Shown here one piece after another: positions 16,275 through 25,076 of a DNA stretch of 64,000 nucleotides. Where the stretch lies: positions 21,342-85,341 of the forward strand of contig CAZKAD010000001.1 in the NCBI GenBank assembly GCA_964550845.1. The letters run 5' to 3'. The notes beneath the pieces are model-generated. The model did not search any database. It saw only the letters and a list, made by a program, of their open reading frames with translations, and had not been told where the DNA came from. Each line of letters begins with the position of its first letter. Within the stretch, counting starts at the first letter, position 1. A program made the translations under genes and the position numbers. The stretch is from an uncultured Gammaproteobacteria bacterium. GTDB lineage: Bacteria > Patescibacteriota > Patescibacteriia > Magasanikbacterales > UBA922.

Positions 16275-18800
16275 TCAAAATTCATTTTGAATTGGTATCA
16301 CAATCACGGGATCTTTGATTGCAGCCATCTTTAGAATCCGAAGTTGAGACTCAAGATCCTTAATCTTCTTTTCATAATCAAGTTGACGTCGTTTGAAATC
16401 ACTGGTTGTTTCTTGGAGTTTAAGTTGATTATTTTTCAAACCGTCTTCAAGTGTCTTAACATGTTGTTTCTTTCCTTCAAGTTGAGACTTCAGTTCTTCT
16501 TCGACAATCGATAATTTTGAATACTTTTCATGGAGTTGAAGGAGTTCTTCTTTTGTCTTTGTATCTTCCTCGGTTGGTTTCCACGTTTTACTCATATTCT
16601 CACGAAGAGTATTGTTTTCATCACACAAGTTAGCCACTTTACCTCGAAGTCCAATATTTTCTTCTTCTAAAGTTTGAGTTCGAACATTTGCAAATTTAAT
16701 TGCTTGTTCGGCAGTCTCATCTTTCTCTTTTAGCAATAAATCGACTTTACTCAATTGTCCTTCGAGTTGAGCAATTTTATCGAGATAATTTGTTTGATTC
16801 GCTCGAAGAGATTCAATTTCGATTATCTTTTGATTCAAATCATCCTGGCAATGTCGAAGATCATCTCGTGAACGATCCGCAACAGATCGAATATTTTCAA
16901 TTTCATTTTTCACTAATGAAATACTTTTCTGAAGTTCAGTGACTAACGCAGTTTTACTGTCAAGTTCTTCAGCCATCTTTTGGAATTGATCAAGTGATTC
17001 TTCATAATTAGCTGGCGTGAGAGTCGGTTGAACAATCAAATTGTATTCTTTCTTAAAGTCTTTCACATCGATACCTTTCTTTTCACAAAGTTCAATTAGC
17101 TTATTAAGATCTTTAGTCAAAGCTGAAATAATGATTTGTTGAGTAGCAAGTTTTTCATTCGCTTCAAAGAGAAGACGTTTGTATTCTTCAACATTCATTT
17201 CAAGATTAACCACCGGTTTGTTCAAAATGGTTTGAGTAATAGCACCAAATCTCAGCGTTGAAAGAGTTTCTTCATAATTGAATTTCGCAGGTGAACAAGT
17301 AATTACCAAATGAGTTTTACTGTTTCCACCGAGGGAATCGGTCAAAAGACGAGTCAATTTTGAATCTCGATATGGAATGAAACTCTTTTTTTCAGCCAAA
17401 CTTCGAATCACCAATCCAAGAGTCAATAATGATTTGTTAGTTGAACTGGCTTGCTTCAACAGCAATCCTTCAGCCTTTGTTTTCGCTACCTTTTCAGATC
17501 CGGCCAAATCGACAAACACTATTCGCGAGATAATTTTCTTTCCAGTCTTCAGTTCATTTTGTTGAAGATGCATCACCAGTACTGAATGACTTCTCGACGA
17601 ATGAGCGTTCATCGCCGTTTCAGCAACTGTTCGATTCAATTCTCCCTTTCTCATTACACGGACAGCATCTTCAAAACAATTGACATAAGTTTCAGTCACA
17701 TCTTCAATCCATAATCCTCGGAAACGATCCTCACGAATCTTTAGGTCATCGCGAAGAGGTGAGAGCAGATCTCGAATTCGCTCGAGATAAATTTCAACAT
17801 ATGACATGCTAACCAAAAATTCATATCCTTTTTTCCCACGAATCGCGGTAAATAAATCTTTGATTAACCGTGGAACTACACCCATCTCAGTTTCGGTTTT
17901 CCAGAGTTCTCCCTCCTGAGACAGAGCATCGGGATTGTCTACCGATGCAGCGTATCCAGTCATTGTAGTAGTTTTTCCTGAATTATGTGTAATAGTTCCA
18001 TCGGCAAGCAAAAATCGTTCAGGACGATCTTTAATCGGTTCAAGTTGAAATCCTGAATACAACCCCATTCCAACATCTTCAATTTCGAATGAATAAGTTT
18101 CAAGGCCCTTCGAGGCCGGTTCAAGGCCCTTCGGGGTTGGTCCAATTTTCTTATCCTCTTTTCCGATCATTCGAACTCCAAGATAATCTTGTTTATTCTT
18201 TTGTTTCAATAGTTCCTTGACTGACATATCAATCAGCTTTGACTCAAATTGGAGTGTCAAAACGTGATCAAGATTCACCGTGTAAAAACTTTTCTTTTTC
18301 ACATCTCGAATTTTAAACATATGTGAAATTCCAGTAAACAACTTGATCACTTCTCGAACATTTCCTTTTTCGTCAACAAGTTTGTCACCGACTTGAACAT
18401 CTCGTGCTTGAATAATAGATCCATCGATCAGTAAGATTAGTGTCTCAGGAGAAAGGCATCCAGACTGACCATAAGCAAAGATAGTTGCATTGTATCCTTG
18501 AAGAATCTCATCAAGTAAAGGTTTACCAACAGCTTGATATACTTGTTCTTGAGTTGCTTTTTCTTCAAACACTTTGTCGTAATAATATCGATTATCTTTT
18601 ACCTCTTGTGGAAGATTAACAACGTTCCCATTCACCACAATCATTCGATTACCTCCATTTTTTAATTCCGTTTCATTACAAGGGCGAAATCGACAAAAAA
18701 CTTTAACATTTCGATCATCTCTTGGCTCTGTCTCATCCGATTTTTTAGACTCTGGTTTAGACTCTCGGGGAGAAAATGGTTTTGATTTTGCTTTCATCAA
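16275..18800 (-). CDS. kinesin motor protein (N-terminal motor, C-terminal coiled coil) interrupted by a mini-intein
   Basis: Switch I SSRSHSV, switch II DLAGSEK, NKSLLTLG, IPYRDSKLTRLL. P-loop split GQSG/SGKTTTM. Long heptad-rich tail. Confidence 0.93.
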   Translation of the reverse strand: MMKAKSKPFSPRESKPESKKSDETEPRDDRNVKVFCRFRPCNETELKNGGNRMIVVNGNVVNLPQEVKDNRYYYDKVFEEKATQEQVYQAVGKPLLDEILQGYNATIFAYGQSGCLSPETLILLIDGSIIQARDVQVGDKLVDEKGNVREVIKLFTGISHMFKIRDVKKKSFYTVNLDHVLTLQFESKLIDMSVKELLKQKNKQDYLGVRMIGKEDKKIGPTPKGLEPASKGLETYSFEIEDVGMGLYSGFQLEPIKDRPERFLLADGTITHNSGKTTTMTGYAASVDNPDALSQEGELWKTETEMGVVPRLIKDLFTAIRGKKGYEFLVSMSYVEIYLERIRDLLSPLRDDLKIREDRFRGLWIEDVTETYVNCFEDAVRVMRKGELNRTVAETAMNAHSSRSHSVLVMHLQQNELKTGKKIISRIVFVDLAGSEKVAKTKAEGLLLKQASSTNKSLLTLGLVIRSLAEKKSFIPYRDSKLTRLLTDSLGGNSKTHLVITCSPAKFNYEETLSTLRFGAITQTILNKPVVNLEMNVEEYKRLLFEANEKLATQQIIISALTKDLNKLIELCEKKGIDVKDFKKEYNLIVQPTLTPANYEESLDQFQKMAEELDSKTALVTELQKSISLVKNEIENIRSVADRSRDDLRHCQDDLNQKIIEIESLRANQTNYLDKIAQLEGQLSKVDLLLKEKDETAEQAIKFANVRTQTLEEENIGLRGKVANLCDENNTLRENMSKTWKPTEEDTKTKEELLQLHEKYSKLSIVEEELKSQLEGKKQHVKTLEDGLKNNQLKLQETTSDFKRRQLDYEKKIKDLESQLRILKMAAIKDPVIVIPIQNEF
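17982..18458 (-). other. mini-intein (159 aa, Hint domain, no endonuclease) inside the kinesin P-loop
   Basis: Begins CLSPETLILLIDGS (block A), has internal TVNLDHVLTL (block B-like), ends FLLADGTITHN followed by +1 Ser. Excision restores GQSGSGKT. Confidence 0.85.
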
Positions 18801-18855
18801 AAGCGATTTCTTTTCTTTTCTTTTCTTTCAGTGGAAAAAAGCTTTCTTTTTCTTG

Positions 18856-18863
18856 AAAATTGA
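18856..18863 (+). promoter_or_regulatory. AAAATTGA promoter-like octamer
   Basis: 86 nt upstream of the ATG8 start, with the TTAAAC array in between. Confidence 0.6.
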
Positions 18864-18880
18864 TAATTTTTCCAGATAAA

Positions 18881-18947
18881 TTAAACATCCTAAAGAACCG
18901 GTTAAACATTCGAAAGACCGGTTAAACATTCGAAAGGAAAATTAAAC
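18881..18947 (+). repeat. TTAAAC-hairpin repeat array (20-21 bp unit, about 3 copies)
   Basis: ttaaacattcgaaagaccgg. Lies between AAAATTGA (18856) and the ATG8 start codon. Confidence 0.9.
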
Positions 18948-18948
18948 A

Positions 18949-19383
18949 ATGAGTTGGGCCGATATGTTTCGTAAAGGGGGTCGATTTTCCGAGGCTCTTC
19001 AAAAGCTCGAACAAAAAAGTCTTGAACAAAGACGAGTCGAAATCAAAAAAATTACCTTTCGATCTCCAGATTCTACTCCAGTAATCGTGATTCCTGAAAA
19101 TGGAATTCGGTTAGACAAAATGAAATATGTTTGTCCATCTGATGTTGACGTTGGACGATTGAATTACATTGTGACAAAGAAAATTCAATCAGCAACTCCA
19201 AATACCGAAAGGGCCTACTTCTTCTTTACTGAAGGAAAGCAAATTCCTCCGACAAGTCAATTGATCAAGGATCTATGCGCAAAAAATAAAAATGAAGATT
19301 TTTCTCTCCATCTTTATTTAACAGCTGAAGAAACGTTTGGATTTTCTTTTCCCATCCAAAATGAACATCCAGAAAGTCTTTGA
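18949..19383 (+). CDS. ATG8: ATG8/LC3/GABARAP-family ubiquitin-like protein
   Basis: Aligns by eye along GABARAP: PDSTPVIVIP, LDKMKYVCPSDVDVG, AYFFFTEGKQIPPTS, EDFSLHLYLTAEETFG followed by a 13-aa tail. Confidence 0.85.
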   Translation: MSWADMFRKGGRFSEALQKLEQKSLEQRRVEIKKITFRSPDSTPVIVIPENGIRLDKMKYVCPSDVDVGRLNYIVTKKIQSATPNTERAYFFFTEGKQIPPTSQLIKDLCAKNKNEDFSLHLYLTAEETFGFSFPIQNEHPESL

Positions 19384-20113
19384 TGATTTCCGTCAAAAGC
19401 CCGGCCGATATCAAAAATTTCTGACTAAATTTGGTCGCGATTTGAAGGGTATTCAAATTGAGACCCTTGAACAATTTCGAAATGTAATTGATCAAATTCA
19501 AGTCAAAGATGATGGTAAAGACGATGGTATTGTTGCTCGAGGTAATGCAAGAGCTCGAGAAATTGATGAAGCGAGTCGAAGAAAAAAATTCCATGATCAT
19601 CTTTATTTTGATTTTGGGTGCTCTGATGGTAAATTGACCCTTGAGATTGCCAAACAGCTTAAGATTCCAACTGAAAATGTATATGGTGCTGATATGGCGT
19701 CGTTTACTGGAGTTAGAATTAACCCTGTGCTCCGTAAACAAAATTTTGAACTAATTGAAAAAGAGGGACAAAAATTGCCCTACAACGATCAAACTTTTGG
19801 TCTCGTGACATGTTTTCAAGTTTTGCATCATCTTCAATTTCCAGAATTGGCAATTGCCGAATTTCATCGAATCCTTCGAAAAGATGGAATGTTGATTATC
19901 CGTGAACATGATGCAAGAGAAGAGGATAAAAGATTGATTGATTTTGAACACTTGATTTATCCTCATGAAAACATCGAACAAACTTATATTGGCAATTATC
20001 ATCAAGCTTCTGAATGGGATCGAATGATGCTTAAACATGGATTTGTTGCATTTGGATTTACGATGACCAAAGGAGAAACTTTTTACTACACTCAATCTTA
20101 CTTGAAGATGTAA
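19361..20113 (+). CDS. class I SAM-dependent methyltransferase
   Basis: Motif I YFDFGCSDG, FGLVTCFQVLHHL, LRKDGMLIIRE. Start uncertain (19337 or 19361) and overlaps the ATG8 3' end. Confidence 0.72.
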   Translation: MNIQKVFDDFRQKPGRYQKFLTKFGRDLKGIQIETLEQFRNVIDQIQVKDDGKDDGIVARGNARAREIDEASRRKKFHDHLYFDFGCSDGKLTLEIAKQLKIPTENVYGADMASFTGVRINPVLRKQNFELIEKEGQKLPYNDQTFGLVTCFQVLHHLQFPELAIAEFHRILRKDGMLIIREHDAREEDKRLIDFEHLIYPHENIEQTYIGNYHQASEWDRMMLKHGFVAFGFTMTKGETFYYTQSYLKM

Positions 20114-20125
20114 GATAGTAAAGAC

Positions 20126-20153
20126 TTTTGTATTTCTTTCGAGAAATACAAAA
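20126..20153. terminator. hairpin between convergent genes
   Basis: ttttgtatttc-tttcga-gaaatacaaaa. Confidence 0.6.
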
Positions 20154-20196
20154 TATATGAAATAATTGAAGTAAAGTATTCGGAGTAAAAACATAA

Positions 20197-20985
20197 TTAT
20201 ACCGATTGATAACTTTTCAACTTATCTCGAATTATTTTCCAATAAGGTTCTACACGGATGAGTGCTGATGTATGTCCTCCTCGGAAACAAAGGATTTGAC
20301 TCATTTTCGCTTCGGTACTTCCAAATGCGGGAGGAACTTGAAAGTCATCTTGAGCAACGACAAATAAATATAGATGTTTTGACAGTTGAATCATCTCAGC
20401 TAGTCCGGAGAGAAAAGAAGATTCCGGATGCATCGGTTGATAACGCTTTGCTCTCAGGGGAAGAAATCGAAGTGCTGGTGCTCCACGAAAAGGAGTATTA
20501 ATCGTAATTACTTGAGTTGAATATGGAATTGATTTTTCTGCAATCCAGGCTGCCAATAATCCTCCCATTGAAGTTCCAATTATGGCGCTGATTCTAATAC
20601 GTTCTCCATTCAAATCACACACAAGCTTATCGAGAAAGGAAAAATAATCATTAAACGAAAGATCTTTTCGAGAAAAATTCGGTAAAATAATTGAATGATG
20701 TGGGTAAATCTTTCTCAATTCGGGAAGAGTATAACTCCATTGAAGTGGACAACTTGAACTTCCGTGGATACAAATAATCACTTGCTCTTCAATTGATTTT
20801 TCCGGAAATTCGTGATAAGTTTGATCGGATACTTCAATAACATCATGTTGATCGGAGAAATCATGCCCAAAGCATCGTTTGAATAGATACACAATTTTTG
20901 CTGGAAGATCAAGCAATTCGTAGATCAATCCAGTTAAAGTAATGTATTGAACTGAAAATTGAAATAATTCTTTGAGAAAACCCAT
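20197..20985 (-). CDS. alpha/beta hydrolase (lipase/esterase-like)
   Basis: ICIHGSSS and nucleophile elbow GTSMGG. Confidence 0.7.
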   Translation of the reverse strand: MGFLKELFQFSVQYITLTGLIYELLDLPAKIVYLFKRCFGHDFSDQHDVIEVSDQTYHEFPEKSIEEQVIICIHGSSSCPLQWSYTLPELRKIYPHHSIILPNFSRKDLSFNDYFSFLDKLVCDLNGERIRISAIIGTSMGGLLAAWIAEKSIPYSTQVITINTPFRGAPALRFLPLRAKRYQPMHPESSFLSGLAEMIQLSKHLYLFVVAQDDFQVPPAFGSTEAKMSQILCFRGGHTSALIRVEPYWKIIRDKLKSYQSV

Positions 20986-21062
20986 AAAAAATAATTATCT
21001 ACTCTTGAAAAGGACTTTTTATCTTATAAAGAAGAAGTCCGATCAATTTATCCGATAACGAT

Positions 21063-22580
21063 ATGCAAGCTCTTCTTGATCAAATTGACGACTCAGTTCG
21101 TTCAATGGACGATGATATTCGAGTTTTGGTCGACAACCTTAAACAACTTAATACCGAAGATATTTTAGAAATACATCTTGATATCCTTTCGAAAAAGCTT
21201 TCCAACGTCCCAGACACTTTTGAGTCTCGAGATCAAGTGATTGAAGTTATTCTCGATTCATGTAAATATGCTGAAAAAATGCGGATTTTTAACGGTCATT
21301 CAAACGGAATTTACAACAACGTTTCGTATCCTTATGCAGTCGCAATTCAAACGATATGTTATTTTGACGTCTACGGAGAAATGACCAAACAAAGTTTGCT
21401 TGAATGCATTTCTTTTGTTGCTTTGTTGGAAGAACCTTCTTGTAGTGATGACTTGATCTCTGAATGGTATGAAGATAAAAAAGATATTCATCTCGAACAA
21501 TTTCAATATGCACTTCAATTTGCGTCGAAGATTCGAGACATTTATCTTCCTACACCAGATAGAGAGATTGGTTTATTCACTGGAGATTATCTCTCAGTTG
21601 AAGTTCACCAAAAAATAATCGAATTTCTGAAAAAGAATCGGTTTACTGACCGAGGATCTTATCTTGAATTACTTCCAGAAAAAGATCGTCAGGCATTTCT
21701 TGCTTTTTCGAGGATTACTCCACAATGGATAGCAAAAAGAGCTTTTGTACCTCATCAAGAAGATAAAAGTATGGAACAAGGTTCTCACGCACTTGTTCGA
21801 AGATGGATTGATCCTGAAACTCATGAATATTACGTTGTTAAAACATACGGAATTAATTCTGAATACAACGCTGGTCTTCGAGAACTTCTCGCATTTCATA
21901 TCTTTTCACATCCGAATATTATTCGATGTCATAGCTGGGCAGTGAATGAAGATTTTACTGCACTTCAATTTTTCCTCGAAGATGGAGGTGAAGAAGTGAA
22001 CAATAAATATACCAGTGTAAGATGGATCAAAAAATATGTTCCACAAATTCTTCGTGCTCTTCGTCACATTCATACTCGAGGTTTTGCTTATCGTGACTTA
22101 AAAATGTGTAATCTTGTCTTTCAGAGGGGAAAAGTGAAACTGATTGATCTTGGAATGATGAGAAGAACAGTTACTTTTGGAGGATCGAATGAAATGATGG
22201 CTTTCGGAGTCGGTCCAGCCGAAGTATTTGAAGGCAGAACCATTTATCCTGGTTCGGTTGATATTTGGTCACTTGGAATACTCATGTGTGTGCTGTACAA
22301 AAAGAATCTCGCTATTGGCTATGGTAAATGTAAGATTATGCCTCCTTGGAATAAAAGATCACGAATTCGAGTCTTGTGTATCAAGGATTTTCTTGAGATA
22401 CTGACCAAAGATGAATCCGAAGAACTTGAATCTTTTCAAGAGAAATATCCGGGCTATGGTAATGTCGCCTTTACCATTTCAGAAGTTCGTCATCAAAAAC
22501 TTCTCGCGTTGATTCGAAGATGCTTTCAAAAAGATTCCCCCACTGCTGGAGAACTACTTCGAGATCGATTCTTTCATTAA
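21063..22580 (+). CDS. Ser/Thr protein kinase with about 230-aa unknown N-terminal domain
   Basis: YYVVKTY, FAYRDLKMCNLVF, KLIDLGMM, VDIWSLGILMCVL. Confidence 0.85.
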   Translation: MQALLDQIDDSVRSMDDDIRVLVDNLKQLNTEDILEIHLDILSKKLSNVPDTFESRDQVIEVILDSCKYAEKMRIFNGHSNGIYNNVSYPYAVAIQTICYFDVYGEMTKQSLLECISFVALLEEPSCSDDLISEWYEDKKDIHLEQFQYALQFASKIRDIYLPTPDREIGLFTGDYLSVEVHQKIIEFLKKNRFTDRGSYLELLPEKDRQAFLAFSRITPQWIAKRAFVPHQEDKSMEQGSHALVRRWIDPETHEYYVVKTYGINSEYNAGLRELLAFHIFSHPNIIRCHSWAVNEDFTALQFFLEDGGEEVNNKYTSVRWIKKYVPQILRALRHIHTRGFAYRDLKMCNLVFQRGKVKLIDLGMMRRTVTFGGSNEMMAFGVGPAEVFEGRTIYPGSVDIWSLGILMCVLYKKNLAIGYGKCKIMPPWNKRSRIRVLCIKDFLEILTKDESEELESFQEKYPGYGNVAFTISEVRHQKLLALIRRCFQKDSPTAGELLRDRFFH

Positions 22581-22621
22581 ACGTTCCCGAAGAACTGGTT
22601 AAAAGACTTTCAAAAATAAAG

Positions 22622-22647
22622 TAAACATTCCTCTCGAGGAATGTTTA
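22622..22647. terminator. hairpin between convergent genes
   Basis: taaacattcctc-tc-gaggaatgttta. Confidence 0.6.
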
Positions 22648-22655
22648 AGAGATAA

Positions 22656-23144
22656 TTAAGCTTTCTCAATTCTTAACCTCAGCATATAAACAAATGGATT
22701 GCGTAAATCTTGAACTATTTCAAGCAGATCTTTTCGCCGCTGTTCAAATTCTGATATCTTGAAATTTGTATACTTCGAATCGAGAAAGTTGTCAAGAAAA
22801 TCGGCAAGTTTAATTAACAGTGCATCTTCAGAAAGAGATGGTATTTTCTTTTTCATGTAGGCAAGTTTACCTACTTGAGCAATTTCGATTGGATTGTTGG
22901 TCAATTCTTTCACCAGCTTCATTACACGTTCAGAAAATTTCTTCTGGAGTTCCTCTGGTGTTGTTTTAGTATCTTCAAGTGTATCATGGAGCAAGGCAGC
23001 AACTAAAACTTCTTCGTCTTGTATCCCTTCTTGTCGTAGAATTGATGCAACACTACAACAATGAATCTGATAAGACATTCCATTTCCTTTTCTTTTTTGA
23101 CCATCATGCTTTTCGACAATGAATTGCAAAGCTTTTTGAATCAT
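22656..23144 (-). CDS. HD-domain hydrolase of the RelA/SpoT (MESH1-like) type
   Basis: HCCSVASIL...VLVAALLHDTLEDTKTTPEEL...VMKLVKELT. Confidence 0.78.
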   Translation of the reverse strand: MIQKALQFIVEKHDGQKRKGNGMSYQIHCCSVASILRQEGIQDEEVLVAALLHDTLEDTKTTPEELQKKFSERVMKLVKELTNNPIEIAQVGKLAYMKKKIPSLSEDALLIKLADFLDNFLDSKYTNFKISEFEQRRKDLLEIVQDLRNPFVYMLRLRIEKA

Positions 23145-23216
23145 TTTGATTAGTTTGAGATAAATTGATTTTTATTTCCGAGAGAAAGAAGGGTAAATCA
23201 ATTTATTTCATCAGCG

Positions 23217-24566
23217 ATGAAAGCTCGATTTTTAAAGTTGACTCTTATTCCAAATCCGGCAAACTATCGAACAAAATATATCAGTTACATGAGTCAAATC
23301 GCCGTTAAACTGAATATTGAAGATAATATTTTGATTGGTGCAATTGAACTTTTTGATCGACTGCCGTATATTTCCGAAGAATGTTCATTTTTGTTTGCGT
23401 TTGGATGTTTTTATTTAGCTGTACTTCTTTACGAAGGGGGCAACGACATTCGAGAAAAATTGCCTCGATGTTGCAAAGGTGTTTATGAAATTGGTGATTT
23501 GACCAAGATAGTAGATACTTTGGTGGTTGAAATCATGACATGGTTACCTGCACCTATTTATCCAAATAGCTTTTCAAGAGCCTATCATATCGTTACTGGA
23601 AAGCATTTAACGAAAGAAGAAGAACGCTCACTCGTTTTGATTTATCTTAAACAATCAAGTACTCTTGAATCAACTGAATTGAAAACTTTAGCTCTTCCTG
23701 AAAATCAACAAAAGAGAATCAAAGAATTTATGAATCAACCAAGTAAAAATTCTTTGTTTCAAGAGTATCATCCGGATTTTCAAAAAGGCAATTTGCTTGG
23801 ATCAGGTGAATGGGGTCGTGTTGTTGCTCATCCAAATGAATGGGGGAAAGTGATTAAAAAATCACTCAACAAAGAAGAAGCATATGAAACTTTTGTCCGA
23901 GAGATTGCACTGCTCTCTTCAATTAGTCACCCTCACATTATTAAAATGCACGGATGGAGTTACAATGAAGGCAAATTTTATCTCATTCTCGATAAAGGAA
24001 TACCAATTAAATTAACTTCAAGAACAATTCAACAAGAGGGATCTAAACTTCTTCGAGCTCTTGATCATCTTCATTCACAAGGATTTATTCATCGCGACTT
24101 GAAACCAGATAATATATTGTATGTGAATGAAAATATTACTCTTTGTGATTTCGGGATTACTAGAACTCAAGCAAGACGAGGATTGACTGGTATGAGAGTG
24201 CCAGCTGCAAATATCCCTCCCGAAATGCTTAAACAAAGAAAATACAATTACGATTCTGCAGTCGATATTTGGGCTTTCGGATTGTTAGTTGCCTGGATGG
24301 TTAAAGATTTTATTTTTAGTGATATTGTCGAAGATAAGGATAGTCATCATAAAATTCAAATGCAAATAATTGGATTCAAGACTGGTTACAAATTTCCAGA
24401 TAAACAACACACTCCGAGATATTCCCTTCATGACATTGAGAACGAAGACGCAAGAGACTTAATTGAAAGATGTCTGACTGATTGTCCACAACAAAGACCG
24501 AAAGCGAAAGATTTAATTAATCATCCTTTTTTAACCAGTCCCGAAGGGACGTTTAAGGCAAAGTAA
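23217..24566 (+). CDS. Ser/Thr protein kinase with cyclin-box-like N-terminal domain
   Basis: LLGSGEWGRVV, KVIKK, FIHRDLKPDNILY, LCDFGITR, VDIWAFGLLVAW. N-terminus YISYMSQIAVKLNIEDNILIGAIELFDRL...FAFGCFYLAVLLYEG. Confidence 0.85.
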   Translation: MKARFLKLTLIPNPANYRTKYISYMSQIAVKLNIEDNILIGAIELFDRLPYISEECSFLFAFGCFYLAVLLYEGGNDIREKLPRCCKGVYEIGDLTKIVDTLVVEIMTWLPAPIYPNSFSRAYHIVTGKHLTKEEERSLVLIYLKQSSTLESTELKTLALPENQQKRIKEFMNQPSKNSLFQEYHPDFQKGNLLGSGEWGRVVAHPNEWGKVIKKSLNKEEAYETFVREIALLSSISHPHIIKMHGWSYNEGKFYLILDKGIPIKLTSRTIQQEGSKLLRALDHLHSQGFIHRDLKPDNILYVNENITLCDFGITRTQARRGLTGMRVPAANIPPEMLKQRKYNYDSAVDIWAFGLLVAWMVKDFIFSDIVEDKDSHHKIQMQIIGFKTGYKFPDKQHTPRYSLHDIENEDARDLIERCLTDCPQQRPKAKDLINHPFLTSPEGTFKAK

Positions 24567-24609
24567 GTAAAACTGATTTCCTTTTCTCTCGAGAAATGGA
24601 AAAAATAAA

Positions 24610-25014
24610 ATGTCAGTTCAAACTCAAATCGAAACTGAATGGCAATCGATTTGTCAATCAATTCCTTCTTTGTTGAAGAAGAAATCAACCTGGATTTTAT
24701 TGGATCATGTGAAAGGTCCAATTGAATACTTTCTCTTTACCAACACGGAAAGACTTTGTTTTTGGAAAATTTGGTTTGCTCATTCTCTTGATTTAATCGG
24801 AACATCTTATTACCTGGATCAAGAAAATCCGATTGATATTTGTGAATCATTACTGAGAAATTTTAACAATTCTGAAGAGATGATTGAGAAAATGGAGATT
24901 AACTTTGAACAATATATGCAACAACGAAAAGACAGACACGAATATCTTCAATTAAAGAAGAGAGAATATGGTCAACGTCGAAGAGAACGTCTTCGTGAGA
25001 TGACGCTGGTCTAA
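24610..25014 (+). CDS. hypothetical protein
   Basis: 134-aa ORF followed by hairpin 25032..25055. Confidence 0.55.
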   Translation: MSVQTQIETEWQSICQSIPSLLKKKSTWILLDHVKGPIEYFLFTNTERLCFWKIWFAHSLDLIGTSYYLDQENPIDICESLLRNFNNSEEMIEKMEINFEQYMQQRKDRHEYLQLKKREYGQRRRERLREMTLV

Positions 25015-25031
25015 TTACTTTTCATCAAACA

Positions 25032-25055
25032 TTTTATTCTTTTTGAAGAATAAAA
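25032..25055. terminator. hairpin between convergent genes
   Basis: ttttattctt-tttg-aagaataaaa. Confidence 0.55.
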
Positions 25056-25076
25056 ATATTTTTCCGTTTCACATCT

